From the NCBI GenBank assembly GCA_963169225.1, contig CAUJDH010000088.1:22718-86717 (forward strand): a stretch of DNA of 64,000 nt, in the 5' to 3' direction. The stretch is from Actinomycetota bacterium. GTDB lineage: Bacteria > Actinomycetota > Actinomycetes > S36-B12 > UBA10799. A model generated the notes under the pieces. The model searched no databases. It was not told where the DNA came from and worked only from the letters and a program-made list of their open reading frames with translations. The translations under genes and the position numbers were made by a program. Shown in pieces: positions 11,098-21,818 of this stretch (position 1 is the stretch's first letter; every line of letters begins with the position of its first letter).

Positions 11098-11715
11098 TTA
11101 GATCGAAGCTACCCAATTGGTGAGTAGCTGTAGGCCAGCATCGCCGGACTTCTCGGGGTGGAATTGGGTAGCGGCAAGCGCGCCCGATTCGATCGCGGCG
11201 ACGAAGGTCTCGCCGTAGTTGGCAGTTGTCACAGCGAATCTTCCGGGGTCGATACCGTCGGCTTTGACCCCGTAACTGTGCACGAAATAGAAGCGCTGAT
11301 CCTCAATGCCTGCGAAGAGTCTGGACTTCTGGTCCGCTTGCACGGTGTTCCATCCCATGTGCGGAACGACAGGAGCTTCCAGCGCCTCAACTACTCCTGA
11401 CAAAAACCCGCAACCAGGTGAATCCACGCCATGCTCGACTCCCCGATCGAACAGGATTTGCATCCCCACACAGATTCCAAGCACAGGGCGATCGGACTCT
11501 AGGAAAGAGTCGATCACTCGCCTACCGTCAACAGCTTCTAGTCCTGCCATACAAGCTGCGAAGGCACCAACACCTGGCACCACAAGAGCATCTTGTTCTA
11601 AAGCCTCGTCAACGTCCGAAGTCACAACAACGCTCGCGCCGACCCGTTCAAGCGCCTTATAAGCCGAGCGAATATTGCCCGAGCCATAGTCGAGCAGCGC
11701 CACACGTTGTGCCAT
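11098..11715 (-). CDS. hisH: Imidazole glycerol phosphate synthase glutaminase subunit
   Basis: The ORF has the motifs VALLDYGSGNIRSA, GICVGMQIL and FVHSY. I trimmed the start to ATG 11715, which is preceded by AGAGGA. Confidence 0.95.
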   Translation of the reverse strand: MAQRVALLDYGSGNIRSAYKALERVGASVVVTSDVDEALEQDALVVPGVGAFAACMAGLEAVDGRRVIDSFLESDRPVLGICVGMQILFDRGVEHGVDSPGCGFLSGVVEALEAPVVPHMGWNTVQADQKSRLFAGIEDQRFYFVHSYGVKADGIDPGRFAVTTANYGETFVAAIESGALAATQFHPEKSGDAGLQLLTNWVASI

Positions 11716-11756
11716 GGGATTCCTCTTCTTCAGCGTTGGATTAGCCAGGTGTCTTG

Positions 11757-11912
11757 CTAGCCCCACCAGGCAATAGCGCCACCAAGAGCGAGCACTGCAG
11801 CTATGCCGCAACCGATTGCGAACATGATCTGCTTATTGCGTGCAAACGAAATGACACCGCCGAGGAACAGGCCCGCCACAAAGAGCATGAAGATTGCCAT
11901 AAAGCTACTCAT
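11757..11912 (-). CDS. Candidate 51-aa two-helix membrane peptide inside the his operon
   Basis: This ORF is below the track length cutoff. My translation is MSSFMAIFMLFVAGLFLGGVISFARNKQIMFAIGCGIAAVLALGGAIAWWG*. Its ATG overlaps the hisB stop (ATGA at 11909-11912), and it ends 41 nt before hisH. Confidence 0.4.
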   Translation of the reverse strand: MSSFMAIFMLFVAGLFLGGVISFARNKQIMFAIGCGIAAVLALGGAIAWWG

Positions 11913-12502
11913 GCAGACAACGTGCCTTTCGTGCTCGGCACGCCGATGACTGAGTCATCGAACTTGACGGCCTCTCGCATTGCCCGCGCCACTGACTTGA
12001 ACTGCGACTCCACGATGTGGTGAGCATTGCGACCTGTGATGACTCGAATGTGGAGACAAATGTCTGCCGATGCCACAATTGACTCCCAAATGTGGCGCGT
12101 CAACGTGGTGTCGTAGGTGCCGATCAATTCAACTAGCTCCGGCTCTTCATGAACCAGATAAGGGCGCCCCGACAAGTCGACAGCCGATTGCACAAGCGAC
12201 TCATCGAGGGGAACTAGAGCGTCACCAAAACGTTTAATGCCGGCCTTATCACCTAAAGCCTCTTTGAGTGCGGCACCGAACGCTAGTGAGGTGTCCTCGA
12301 CCGTGTGGTGTGAATCAACCTCGAGATCGCCATCAGTCTTGATCTTCAAATCGAATCCACCGTGTTTGCCCAGTTGGCTCATCATGTGGTCGTAAAACGG
12401 CACGCCAGTGTCGACCTCGACTTGACCAGTGCCATCGATGTCTAGTTCCAGGAGCACACTGCTCTCTTTGGTCGTGCGCTCAATCTTTGCCGTACGGCTC
12501 AT
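11909..12502 (-). CDS. hisB: Imidazoleglycerol-phosphate dehydratase
   Basis: The ORF has the motifs IERTTKES, DSHHTVED and NAHHIVES. I trimmed the start to ATG 12502, which is preceded by GGAGGAATC. Confidence 0.95.
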   Translation of the reverse strand: MSRTAKIERTTKESSVLLELDIDGTGQVEVDTGVPFYDHMMSQLGKHGGFDLKIKTDGDLEVDSHHTVEDTSLAFGAALKEALGDKAGIKRFGDALVPLDESLVQSAVDLSGRPYLVHEEPELVELIGTYDTTLTRHIWESIVASADICLHIRVITGRNAHHIVESQFKSVARAMREAVKFDDSVIGVPSTKGTLSA

Positions 12503-12522
12503 GATTCCTCCGCTGTAGTGCG

Positions 12523-13635
12523 TCAGTTTGTCGGCGCTAGCTTTGCTAGTGCATCCACAAACGCGCTTGTCTCTTCTATTGTCCCTGCTGTCACACGTAG
12601 GCAACCAGGCAGCCCAACATCACGCACCAAAATGCCTTGATCTAACAACGTCTGCCAGGCCGAGCTTGGATCCTCGAAACCTTCGATGAGCACAAAGTTG
12701 GCATCAGACGGCACTGGCTGGAAGCCACTTACTCTAGCTGCCTCGAAAATGCGATCGCGCTGCACTTTGAGTTCTTCCACTGCTCGGAGTTGGGCCTCAA
12801 CGTGACGAAGCGCAGCGATTCCGACTGCTTGAGTCACTGCCGACAGGTGGTACGGCAACCGCACGCGTTTGATGACCTCGATCACCGCCGGGTCTGCCAC
12901 GCAGTAGCCGATCCTGGCACCGGCGTAGGCGAAGGCTTTACTCATGGTTCGCGAGACGATCAGGCGTGGCCGCTTTGGTAACAGAGTGACCGCGCTGTCT
13001 TGGTGTGAGAACTCCACATAAGCTTCATCGACTATGAGTACACCTGTGTCGGTCTCAACGATTGCGTCGTAGATTGTGGCGATGTCCTCAAGCGGTGTCG
13101 ATGTGCCAGTCGGATTATTAGGTGAGCACACGAAAACGACCGCCGGCCGCTTCGATCGAATCTCGCTGACTGCTTCCTCAATCGGAATGCCATAATTGCC
13201 ATCGCGCGTAATTGACAGGTAGTCAGTCTGCGTTCCACGCGAAATGATCTTGTGCATCGAATATGTGGGCTCGAAGCCCAGCGCCAAACGACCCGCGCCA
13301 CCAAAAACTTGCAGCAACTGTTGCAGGACCTCATTGCTGCCGTTGGCAACCCAGACGTTGTCTACCTCAATCAACTGGCCCGGAATCGCTGATTGTTGCG
13401 TTATGTACTCCGCCAAGGCCGTACGCAATTCGATTGCGTCCCTGTCTGGGTAACGGTTCAAGGTCGTTGCAGCCTGGGCTACAAGCTCACTAATTTCCGC
13501 CACCAATTCTTCTGCTGGCGGAGACGGATTCTCGTTAGTGTTGATCTGAACGGCGACATCCAACATAGGTGCGCCGTACTCGGCCACACCCTTCAGGTCT
13601 TCGCGGATCGGTAAGTCATTTGGGTCAATGCTCAC
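12523..13635 (-). CDS. hisC: Histidinol-phosphate aminotransferase
   Basis: This is a 370 aa class-II aminotransferase ([26 protein letters not shown]). Its start overlaps the hisD stop. Confidence 0.95.
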   Translation of the reverse strand: MSIDPNDLPIREDLKGVAEYGAPMLDVAVQINTNENPSPPAEELVAEISELVAQAATTLNRYPDRDAIELRTALAEYITQQSAIPGQLIEVDNVWVANGSNEVLQQLLQVFGGAGRLALGFEPTYSMHKIISRGTQTDYLSITRDGNYGIPIEEAVSEIRSKRPAVVFVCSPNNPTGTSTPLEDIATIYDAIVETDTGVLIVDEAYVEFSHQDSAVTLLPKRPRLIVSRTMSKAFAYAGARIGYCVADPAVIEVIKRVRLPYHLSAVTQAVGIAALRHVEAQLRAVEELKVQRDRIFEAARVSGFQPVPSDANFVLIEGFEDPSSAWQTLLDQGILVRDVGLPGCLRVTAGTIEETSAFVDALAKLAPTN

Positions 13636-14966
13636 AACGACTCTCCCGAATCTGAGAATCGGATCGACACTGCACGAGCGTGCGCAGGCAAATCTTCTGC
13701 CTCAGCCAGAGTTTCCACAACCGGGGCCACCTCCTGCAACGCAGTCTTGTCGTAGTCGATGAACTGCACAAGCTTGATGAAGTGCCCCACATTCAGTCCT
13801 GAGGAGTGACAGGCGCATCCCATGGTTGGCAGAACGTGGTTGGAGCCCGCACAGTAGTCGCCTAGAGACACCGGCGCGAACGAACCAACGAACACCGCTC
13901 CAGCGTTACGGATCTGACCTGCTAGCTCGGCAGCGTTTACGACCTGAATCTCGAGGTGCTCTGCTCCGTAGAGATTGGCCAATTCGACTGCCTGATCGAG
14001 GTCACGCACCATTACGATGGCGCTCTGCTGGCCACTAAGTGAAGCAGTGACACGCTCCTGGTGTTTAGTCTGAGCAACTTGAGCCTCAACTGCGGCACTT
14101 ACTTTCTCGGCGAGTTCTTTTGAATCAGTCACGAGTACGGCTGACGCGAGTTCGTCGTGTTCAGCCTGACTAATTAAATCGGCAGCCACGAACTCGGGAT
14201 TCGCCGAATCGTCAGCAATGATCATGATCTCTGTGGGGCCCGCCTCCGAGTCTATGCCGACCTCACCTTGAAGCAGTCGCTTCGCCGTCGCCACATAGAG
14301 ATTGCCTGGCCCCGTAACAACGTTGACAGGAACACCGAACTCGTCAGGAGCAGGCTCGGTCACTCCGCTCGATCCCAAGGCCAACCAGGCAATTGCTTGA
14401 GCACCACCGGTCGCATAAACCTCCTCGACACCGAGAATTCCCGCTGCCGCAAGAATCGTCGGGTGCGGCCAACCGCCATTATCTGGCTGCGGTGGCGATG
14501 CGACGGCAATGGAACCGACTCCAGCGATCTGGGCGGGCACCACGTTCATCACTACGCTGCTCGGGTACACGGCAGCACCGCCTGGAACGTAGAGACCCAC
14601 TCGGTCAACAGGAACGTGTTTGCCGGTAACTCGACCCCCTGCACCAAACTCAGTTGAGTGATCGGTTGGGAGTTGCTGAGAATGAACTTGTCGCACCCTG
14701 CTGATGGCAACATCCAGCGCAGCGCGGATTTCAGGATCCAAAGACGCGACGGCTTCATCGATCACCTCTTGGGGAACACGTAAGGTCGCGGGTCGCACTC
14801 TGTCGAATTGCTCACCCAACTCAAGAACTGCCGCAGCCCCGCGCTGTCTCACCGACTCGATAATCGCAGACACGGCCTCCTCAGCGCTGTCTACGCTGAT
14901 ATCGGGGCGCGGCAAATCGGAAGCAACCAAAGTTGGCTTCGAGGTTAGATCAACTGTGCGAATCAC
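13632..14966 (-). CDS. hisD: Histidinol dehydrogenase
   Basis: This 444 aa ORF has the motifs [21 protein letters not shown] and [13 protein letters not shown]. The start is GTG. Confidence 0.95.
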   Translation of the reverse strand: MIRTVDLTSKPTLVASDLPRPDISVDSAEEAVSAIIESVRQRGAAAVLELGEQFDRVRPATLRVPQEVIDEAVASLDPEIRAALDVAISRVRQVHSQQLPTDHSTEFGAGGRVTGKHVPVDRVGLYVPGGAAVYPSSVVMNVVPAQIAGVGSIAVASPPQPDNGGWPHPTILAAAGILGVEEVYATGGAQAIAWLALGSSGVTEPAPDEFGVPVNVVTGPGNLYVATAKRLLQGEVGIDSEAGPTEIMIIADDSANPEFVAADLISQAEHDELASAVLVTDSKELAEKVSAAVEAQVAQTKHQERVTASLSGQQSAIVMVRDLDQAVELANLYGAEHLEIQVVNAAELAGQIRNAGAVFVGSFAPVSLGDYCAGSNHVLPTMGCACHSSGLNVGHFIKLVQFIDYDKTALQEVAPVVETLAEAEDLPAHARAVSIRFSDSGESL

Positions 14967-15051
14967 GCTTCTATCGTACGTTTGATGAACGCAAGGTGAA
15001 ACTCCACAGGCTCGCTATGCACAGAAACGTCAAGAAAGCTAACGTTCAGGT

Positions 15052-15546
15052 ATGGCCAAGAAGCGCAGTGTCGACACTCCGGCGACAAGAATCCTCAAAG
15101 AAGCTAACTGTGCGTTCGTTATTCACAACTATGAGTCCGATGACGAGGCCACCTCATTTGGCGCTGAAGCAGCCGATGGTATTGGCGTATCGCGAGACCG
15201 GGTATACAGCACGGTGCTAGCTCGCGCAGATAAGAAGACCATCGTCGCAATCTTGCCTGTGTCAGCCGAACTCGACTACGAGGTCTTGGCAGCAGCGGTT
15301 GGCGCTTCTGGTGCGACGGCGGCTGACGAGGCCAGAGTCGCCAAGATCACTGGCTACGAACTCGACGCCGTTAGCCCGTTGGGATTCAAGAAGAAGCGGG
15401 CTACCGTGATCGACACGTCCGCCCTGGATTTCAAAACAATTTTCATTTCAGCTGGAAGACACGGATTCGAAGTCGAAGTATCACCCACCGATCTCATCGA
15501 CTTGCTACATGCTCGCACTGCTCCGATTGCTCGGTTCTACTCCTAG
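15052..15546 (+). CDS. ybaK: YbaK/EbsC-type aminoacyl-tRNA deacylase
   Basis: This 164 aa ORF shows the YbaK-like layout (TPATRILKEA...H.Y...) and the C-terminal block VSPLG...ISAGRHGFEVEVSP. Confidence 0.75.
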   Translation: MAKKRSVDTPATRILKEANCAFVIHNYESDDEATSFGAEAADGIGVSRDRVYSTVLARADKKTIVAILPVSAELDYEVLAAAVGASGATAADEARVAKITGYELDAVSPLGFKKKRATVIDTSALDFKTIFISAGRHGFEVEVSPTDLIDLLHARTAPIARFYS

Positions 15547-16097
15547 GCATGAGGTACAGGCGGGTATGCCGGAATTTTTTTGAGTTCCTTACTCAAGCCA
15601 CGTGATTTACGCCAGCAAATAAGTGCGACTAACACGGCAGCCCAGAACGGCCATACGAAGAACACCCCTGTGGCATTGATCTCGAGCGCGGCATCAGTGG
15701 TTTCACCGACTGCGAGCTGAGTTGGGTCTGAATTTCCCATATTTCCCAAAAACGACCCGATGAGGTACATCGCGAGAGTACCTAATGCCGACCCAATCAG
15801 AACGCCAAAAAGGGTCGGAAGCGGATTAACGAACGCAATCTTGTAGACCACGAAGACGAGAATCAAGGCGCACAAGAATGCGATCAGCATAAACAGCATG
15901 TCTGCACCGATGGGTGCACTGGACATGGGGTCGAACGACACTCTGTCCCCTTCGACACCGGTAATTTGCGACCGTGGTGCACCATAACCCCACACGATGC
16001 CAGCAATGGCACCTAAGAAGATTCCCAGTTGCGACAGGTAGAAGACTTCTAGAAAAAACCTGCGCCTAGGTGAGGTTTCAGTCTCCGTACTAGACAT
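15543..16097 (-). CDS. Hypothetical integral membrane protein
   Basis: This 184 aa ORF has four or five hydrophobic segments. Its start overlaps the dnaE stop by 8 nt. I recognise no family. Confidence 0.5.
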   Translation of the reverse strand: MSSTETETSPRRRFFLEVFYLSQLGIFLGAIAGIVWGYGAPRSQITGVEGDRVSFDPMSSAPIGADMLFMLIAFLCALILVFVVYKIAFVNPLPTLFGVLIGSALGTLAMYLIGSFLGNMGNSDPTQLAVGETTDAALEINATGVFFVWPFWAAVLVALICWRKSRGLSKELKKIPAYPPVPHA

Positions 16098-19000
16098 GAG
16101 ACTCGTTAGAGCTTGTAGTCGGCAAACAAGCTGGCCCCAATAACGCTTTGAGATCAGCGAACAGGGACGGTGTCGGACTTACGCGCAGCTGGTCAGGCAA
16201 TCTTACTGTTGTGATCTTGCCACTGTTATTGACCTTCAGCTGCACCTCTGCCACACCTGGATGAGTCGACAGCACGCCTTTGAGTTCATCCACCACCGGA
16301 CCCACAACGCGACTAGAGGTCAGATTGATGACCACTGGTCCCTGGTGACGGGTTTGCTCCAGATCCAGCGGAGAAACCTCTTGGGCGATGAACTTGGTTT
16401 CTTCGTCCTCACTCTTGTCTAGACGACCCTTGACCAGTACGACCGCGTCCTCACGCAGATTCATACCGACTTTTTGGTAGGCCTTGGGAAACACCATGAT
16501 GTTGACGCGAGAATCCAGGTCTTCAAGCTCAACCATTGCCCATTGGTCGCCGCGCTTAGTGACCTTGCGCTGCACAGAGGTGATCAAGCCGCCAATCTTG
16601 AACATCCGTCCGCTCTCGACATCATCGCCAAGCAATGATGAGATCGGCTGCTCCACTGCACTTCTTAGAGCTACTTCAACACCATTGAGCGGGTGATCCG
16701 ATACATAGAGTCCGAGCATGTCTCGCTCATTGGCCAAGAGCACACTCTTGGGCCATTCAGATGCCTGAGTATCAATGGTGATGCCTAGTCCAAGCTCGCC
16801 GTCTTCGGCTGCACCCGAATCTCCACCGAATAGGTCGAACTGGCCAGCTGCCTGGGAGCGTTTGAGATCCGTCATGGACTCAACAGCCTCAATATGAATG
16901 TCTGAAAGAGCCCGGCGCGACACCCCAAACGAATCAAAGGCACCAGCCTTGATGAGGGATTCAATCACCCGCTTATTGCAGGCTGCAATCTCGATCTTGT
17001 CGAGGAAGTCTTTAAAGTCGACGAAAGCGCCTTTAGATTCTCGAGTCTGAACAATTGACTCGACCACATTCGCACCCACATTGCGCACAGCAGTCATACC
17101 GAAACGGATCTTGTCGCCAGTTGCCGCGAAGTTGGCTTGCGACTCGTTGACGTCCGGTTGGAGTACCTGGATGCCCATACGTCGGCATTCGTTGAGGTAG
17201 ATCGCGCTCTTGTCTTTGTCATCCTTAGTACTGGTTAGCAGTGCCGCCATGAACTCTGCCGGATAGTTGGCCTTGAGGTACGCAGTCCAGTATGAAACAA
17301 GTCCATAGCCCGCCGTATGCGCTTTATTGAAGGCATAGTCCGAGAACGGAACGAGGATCTTCCACAGTGTCTGGACGGCGTCTTCAGAGTAGCCATTGGC
17401 AATCATGCCGCCTCGGAACGGAATGTATTCCTTGTCCAGGATCTCTTTCTTTTTCTTACCCATGGCTCGGCGGAGCAAATCTGCACTACCGAGCGAATAT
17501 CCAGCCAAGACCTGCGCAATAGCCATGACCTGCTCTTGGTACACGATCAAGCCGTAGGTGTCACCCAAGATCTCGTCTAGCGGTTCGGCAAGTTCGGGAT
17601 GAATAGGTTCAACTGGCTTGCGACCGTTCTTTCGGTCCGCATAGTCATTGTGAGCGTTAGCGCCCATCGGACCCGGGCGATACAGCGCCAGCACAGCAGA
17701 AATGTCTTCGAAGTTGTCTGGAGCCATAGATTTGAGCAAAGCTCGCATCGGTCCACCGTCAAGCTGAAAAACCCCTAGAGTGTCACCACGTGAGAGCAGC
17801 TCATAAGTCGGCTCATCCTCAAGTGGCAGATCCTCAAGAACAATGTCCTTACCGGTGTTGATCTTGATCGCCTCTAGACAATCGTCCAATACCGTGAGGT
17901 TGCGAAGACCGAGGAAGTCCATCTTGAGTAGGCCGAGGTTCTCGCATGCACCCATATCGAACTGAGTAATAACGGAACCATCTTGTTCACGACGCCAAAT
18001 AGGAACAACATCAAGCAATGGTTCTTTACAGAGGATCACGCCAGCCGCGTGAACACCTGGCTGGCGTTTAAGTCCCTCAATCCCCTTGGCAGTATCGACC
18101 ACTTGCCGAACATCCGACTCAGCTTCGTAGAGAGCTCGGAACTCACTGCCCTCTTTGTACCTTGCGTGCTCTTTATTAAAGAGCTCGTTTAGCGGCACAT
18201 CTTTACCCATCACCGCTGCCGGCATAGCTTTGTTGATCTTGTCTCCGAGCGCATAAGGCATATTGAGTGCCCTAGCCGAGTCTTTGATTGCAGCCTTTGC
18301 CTTGATCGAACCGTAAGTAACGATCTGGGCAACGTGGTCTGAACCATACTTCTCGGTTGCGTAGCGAATCATGTCGCTTCGGCGGCGCTCATCGAAGTCC
18401 ATATCGATATCTGGCATCGAGATTCGCTCGGGATTCAAGAACCGCTCAAAAAGTAGACCGTGTCGGATCGGATCAAGTTCAGTAATGCCAAGTGCATAAG
18501 CAACCAGTGATCCAGCCGCAGAGCCACGGCCTGGACCCACCCGAATTCCTTGATCATGCGCGTACTGCACCAAGTCGGCGGTCACCAAGAAGTAGCCCGG
18601 GAAACCCATCTTGCACATAACATCGACCTCGTAGGCCGCTTGTTTGCGGTGCTCTTCAGGCACTTCGTTGTTGAACCGTCGATTCAGCCCACGCTCAACT
18701 TCTTTGACAAGCCAACTCTCCTCTGACTCACCGGCCGGAACCGGGAACACAGGCATGAGATCCGCGCCTTCGTTGAACTCGACATTGCAACGCTCGGCGA
18801 TCGCCAGAGTGTTGTCACAGGCTTCGGGAAGCTCACTCCATAGGCGACGCATCTCTTCGGCAGATTTGAGATAGAACTGGTCACCCGTAAATCGGAATCG
18901 CTTTGGGTCGTCGACTGTTGCCCTAGTACCAATGCAGAGCAAGACATCGTGCGACTCGTGATCTTCCTGACGCACATAGTGCAGATCGTTGGTCGCGATG

Positions 19001-19680
19001 AGCGGTAATCCCAAGTCTCGGGCAATCTTGAGCAGATCTTCACGATAGGCGCGCTCGACAGCGATGTTGTGATCCATTAGTTCGCAGTAAAAATTGTCAG
19101 GACCGAGGATGTCACGAAAATCCGCTGCTGCTTCGCGAGCCCGGTCGTAGTTTCCTGCAAGCAACCATCGATTCACCTCGCCCGAAGGGCAACCAGTTGT
19201 CGCGATGATGCCTTTGCCGTACTGCTGCAACAACTCTCGGTCGAATCGCGGTTTGTGGTAGAAGCCCTCTAAGCTCGCCAGGCTTGATAGCCGAAACAGG
19301 TTGTGCATACCCTCGGTTGTCTCCGAGAGCAGCGTCATGTGGGTGTAGGCCTCGCGACCGATGTTGCCGCCGGATTCACCAATCTCATTGGTTCCTTCGT
19401 CGTAACCACCACCGAAATCGAACCTTGAACGCTCGTGCCGACCTTGAGGCGCGTAGTAGCCTTCCATTCCAATGATTGCTTTGACACCGGAATCTTTGCC
19501 GCGTTTCCAAAAGTCATAGGCCCCGTACAAGTTGCCATGGTCGGTCATGGCAACCGCAGGCATTCCCAATCGCGCAGCCTCGTCGAACAGATCGCCTAGG
19601 CGCGCGGCGCCATCGAGCATGGAATATTCAGTGTGGACGTGCAAATGCACAAATTGGTCTTTTGCATTAGACGTTGCCAT
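16090..19680 (-). CDS. dnaE: DNA polymerase III alpha subunit
   Basis: The ORF has a PHP domain (HLHVHTEYSMLDG), a polymerase core (PDIDMDF, GLLKMDFLGLRNL) and an OB-fold. I trimmed the start to ATG 19680, which is preceded by GGGAGGAGG. Confidence 0.97.
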   Translation of the reverse strand: MATSNAKDQFVHLHVHTEYSMLDGAARLGDLFDEAARLGMPAVAMTDHGNLYGAYDFWKRGKDSGVKAIIGMEGYYAPQGRHERSRFDFGGGYDEGTNEIGESGGNIGREAYTHMTLLSETTEGMHNLFRLSSLASLEGFYHKPRFDRELLQQYGKGIIATTGCPSGEVNRWLLAGNYDRAREAAADFRDILGPDNFYCELMDHNIAVERAYREDLLKIARDLGLPLIATNDLHYVRQEDHESHDVLLCIGTRATVDDPKRFRFTGDQFYLKSAEEMRRLWSELPEACDNTLAIAERCNVEFNEGADLMPVFPVPAGESEESWLVKEVERGLNRRFNNEVPEEHRKQAAYEVDVMCKMGFPGYFLVTADLVQYAHDQGIRVGPGRGSAAGSLVAYALGITELDPIRHGLLFERFLNPERISMPDIDMDFDERRRSDMIRYATEKYGSDHVAQIVTYGSIKAKAAIKDSARALNMPYALGDKINKAMPAAVMGKDVPLNELFNKEHARYKEGSEFRALYEAESDVRQVVDTAKGIEGLKRQPGVHAAGVILCKEPLLDVVPIWRREQDGSVITQFDMGACENLGLLKMDFLGLRNLTVLDDCLEAIKINTGKDIVLEDLPLEDEPTYELLSRGDTLGVFQLDGGPMRALLKSMAPDNFEDISAVLALYRPGPMGANAHNDYADRKNGRKPVEPIHPELAEPLDEILGDTYGLIVYQEQVMAIAQVLAGYSLGSADLLRRAMGKKKKEILDKEYIPFRGGMIANGYSEDAVQTLWKILVPFSDYAFNKAHTAGYGLVSYWTAYLKANYPAEFMAALLTSTKDDKDKSAIYLNECRRMGIQVLQPDVNESQANFAATGDKIRFGMTAVRNVGANVVESIVQTRESKGAFVDFKDFLDKIEIAACNKRVIESLIKAGAFDSFGVSRRALSDIHIEAVESMTDLKRSQAAGQFDLFGGDSGAAEDGELGLGITIDTQASEWPKSVLLANERDMLGLYVSDHPLNGVEVALRSAVEQPISSLLGDDVESGRMFKIGGLITSVQRKVTKRGDQWAMVELEDLDSRVNIMVFPKAYQKVGMNLREDAVVLVKGRLDKSEDEETKFIAQEVSPLDLEQTRHQGPVVINLTSSRVVGPVVDELKGVLSTHPGVAEVQLKVNNSGKITTVRLPDQLRVSPTPSLFADLKALLGPACLPTTSSNESHV

Positions 19681-19767
19681 CGAAACTGAATCCTCCTCCC
19701 CAATTACCTGCCCCACAAATTGCGAGATTCCAGCCTAACCCCGCGGATGGAATTCTTTGCGCAGAAA

Positions 19768-20727
19768 CTACAGTCCTTCGCGCAGTGTCTCCAGAGACTG
19801 CACTAGGTCAGCGGGATAGTCGCTACTGAAACTCACCCATTCATCAGTTCCAGGATGTCTGAAACCCAACTCAACCGCGTGCAGCCATTGGCGTTCCAGA
19901 CGGAGTCTTTTAGCCAATACGGGGTCGGCACCATAAGTCAGGTCACCACAACAAGGGTGCTTGGTCGCCGACATATGCACCCGAATCTGGTGGGTCCGAC
20001 CCGTCTCCAAATGAATGTCCAAGAGCGAGGCATAAGCAAACGCCTCAAGCGTCTCGTAGTGAGTGATGCTAGCTTTGCCATCGTTGACAACCGCGAACCG
20101 ATAGTCATGGTCAGGATGCCTGCCAATAGGTGCGTCGATCGTGCCCGCACTTGGTTCAGGGTGACCCTGCACAAGCGCGTGGTACTTCTTCTCGACCTCA
20201 CGAGATCGGAACTGCTCTTTGAGTGAGCTGTAGGCCCGGTCTGATTTTGCTACCACCATGAGTCCGCTGGTTCCAACATCTAGTCGGTGCACGATTCCCT
20301 CACGCTCGGCGGCACCGATTCCAGCTACTCGAATCCCAGCTAGCGATAACGCGCCAGTAACAGTTGGACCGCGCCAACCTGGGCTCGCATGCGCTGCCAT
20401 TCCGACTGGCTTATCGACGACAACAATGTCCTCGTCTTGAAACAGGATTGGCAATTCAAGTTCTGGAACCGCTTCTAATTCGGCGTCTTCGTCAGCCGCT
20501 TCAAGCTCCACCAAAACCTGCACGACTGCCTCACGTTTGAGGACTTCAGAACGCTTGCCCACTTTGCCGTCGACAAGTACCCGTTGATCGCCAATCACAT
20601 TGGCGGCTTGAGTGCGCGAGATCCCCAAAAGCCTAGAAAGAGCGACATCCAGACGTTCGCCTGCGAGGTCAGACTCGACGACGTGCTCCTCCATCACAGT
20701 CTCTTCCGGAACGGTGTGCTCACTCAT
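19768..20727 (-). CDS. rluD: RluA-family 23S rRNA pseudouridine synthase
   Basis: The ORF has an S4-like N-terminus and catalytic HRLDVGTSGLMVVAK. I trimmed the start to ATG 20727, which overlaps the lspA stop. Confidence 0.9.
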   Translation of the reverse strand: MSEHTVPEETVMEEHVVESDLAGERLDVALSRLLGISRTQAANVIGDQRVLVDGKVGKRSEVLKREAVVQVLVELEAADEDAELEAVPELELPILFQDEDIVVVDKPVGMAAHASPGWRGPTVTGALSLAGIRVAGIGAAEREGIVHRLDVGTSGLMVVAKSDRAYSSLKEQFRSREVEKKYHALVQGHPEPSAGTIDAPIGRHPDHDYRFAVVNDGKASITHYETLEAFAYASLLDIHLETGRTHQIRVHMSATKHPCCGDLTYGADPVLAKRLRLERQWLHAVELGFRHPGTDEWVSFSSDYPADLVQSLETLREGL

Positions 20728-21265
20728 TTGTGCCGCCTCGGGTTCCGTCCAAGTGAATGCCACGAACCGCCAGGATCACAATCCCTATCGCTGAGAAAGT
20801 GATGGCAATATCGGCCACATTGAAAATCCCAAAAGGCGGCATCTGAATGTAGTCCACGACGTGCCCACGAAAGATCCCCGGCGAGCGGAAGATTCGATCC
20901 GTGAGGTTACCCAGTGCTCCACCGAGCAGACCACCTAGGGCAAGTGCCCAGCCCAACGAACCCAACTTCCTCGCAGATCGCACGATCACAATGACCACAG
21001 CACAAGCCACGAGGCTGAACACGATGGTCATACCGGTGCCGATAGAGAAAGCTGCACCTGGATTACGGATGAAATTGAGTTGAAGGAATTGCCCGACAAT
21101 TTGGATCGGTGGTCGCCCCTCAAGAAAGGTGACTGCGATCAATTTGCCGATCTGATCGAGAAATAGAACGACCACTGCCAGACCGAAAGTAATAGCGACA
21201 TAAGGAATGCCTTGCCAGGTTTTACTCATTTGCCCGCTATCGCTGACAGAAACCTGGTCACTCAC
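20720..21265 (-). CDS. lspA: Lipoprotein signal peptidase II
   Basis: The ORF has the motifs NPGAAFS, GALGNLTDR and FNVAD plus four TM helices. The start is GTG 21265 or ATG 21229. Confidence 0.9.
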   Translation of the reverse strand: MSDQVSVSDSGQMSKTWQGIPYVAITFGLAVVVLFLDQIGKLIAVTFLEGRPPIQIVGQFLQLNFIRNPGAAFSIGTGMTIVFSLVACAVVIVIVRSARKLGSLGWALALGGLLGGALGNLTDRIFRSPGIFRGHVVDYIQMPPFGIFNVADIAITFSAIGIVILAVRGIHLDGTRGGTNE

Positions 21266-21310
21266 GTTACGAGACTACGCCATGTTGTTGTTCAGCACAG
21301 GCGGAGCCAA

Positions 21311-21715
21311 CTACATACGCTCTTCGCGTTCCTTGCATTTGATGCACAGGGTCGCACGCGGGAATGCACGCAAACGCGCTTTGACAATTGCCCCACCACA
21401 AGACTCGCAGATGCCATAACTACCATCATCGATTTTGGCTAAGGCCTTCTCGACTTGGTCCATAAGGTCACGCGCATTGTCGGCAATTGACATCTCTTGC
21501 TCACGCTCAAACGTCTTGCTGCCCGCATCCGCTACGTCATCACCGGCGCCATCGCCCGAGTCACTCACAAGTTGAGCGATATCCGATTCGGTAGTCGCGA
21601 GTTCTTCTTGGAGACGCTCGTACTCTTCCTGCAGCTCCTTCTTGATCGCATTGAGCTCGGTCTTCGTCCACTTAGCGCTAGCGGCCGAGGATGAGGTGCT
21701 CTTCTTGGCAGGCAT
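21311..21715 (-). CDS. DksA/TraR-family C4 zinc-finger protein
   Basis: This 134 aa ORF has a coiled-coil N-terminus and CESCGGAIVKARLRAFPRATLCIKC (CxxC-x17-CxxC). Confidence 0.8.
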   Translation of the reverse strand: MPAKKSTSSSAASAKWTKTELNAIKKELQEEYERLQEELATTESDIAQLVSDSGDGAGDDVADAGSKTFEREQEMSIADNARDLMDQVEKALAKIDDGSYGICESCGGAIVKARLRAFPRATLCIKCKEREERM

Positions 21716-21818
21716 TTGTTCTCCAGTCTTATTGGTGTTGCCTGGACATTATGGCCCACGGAACAAAGAATCAACCCGACATACACCTCTATTTGTTCGA
21801 CATCGGTAAACTCATGGT

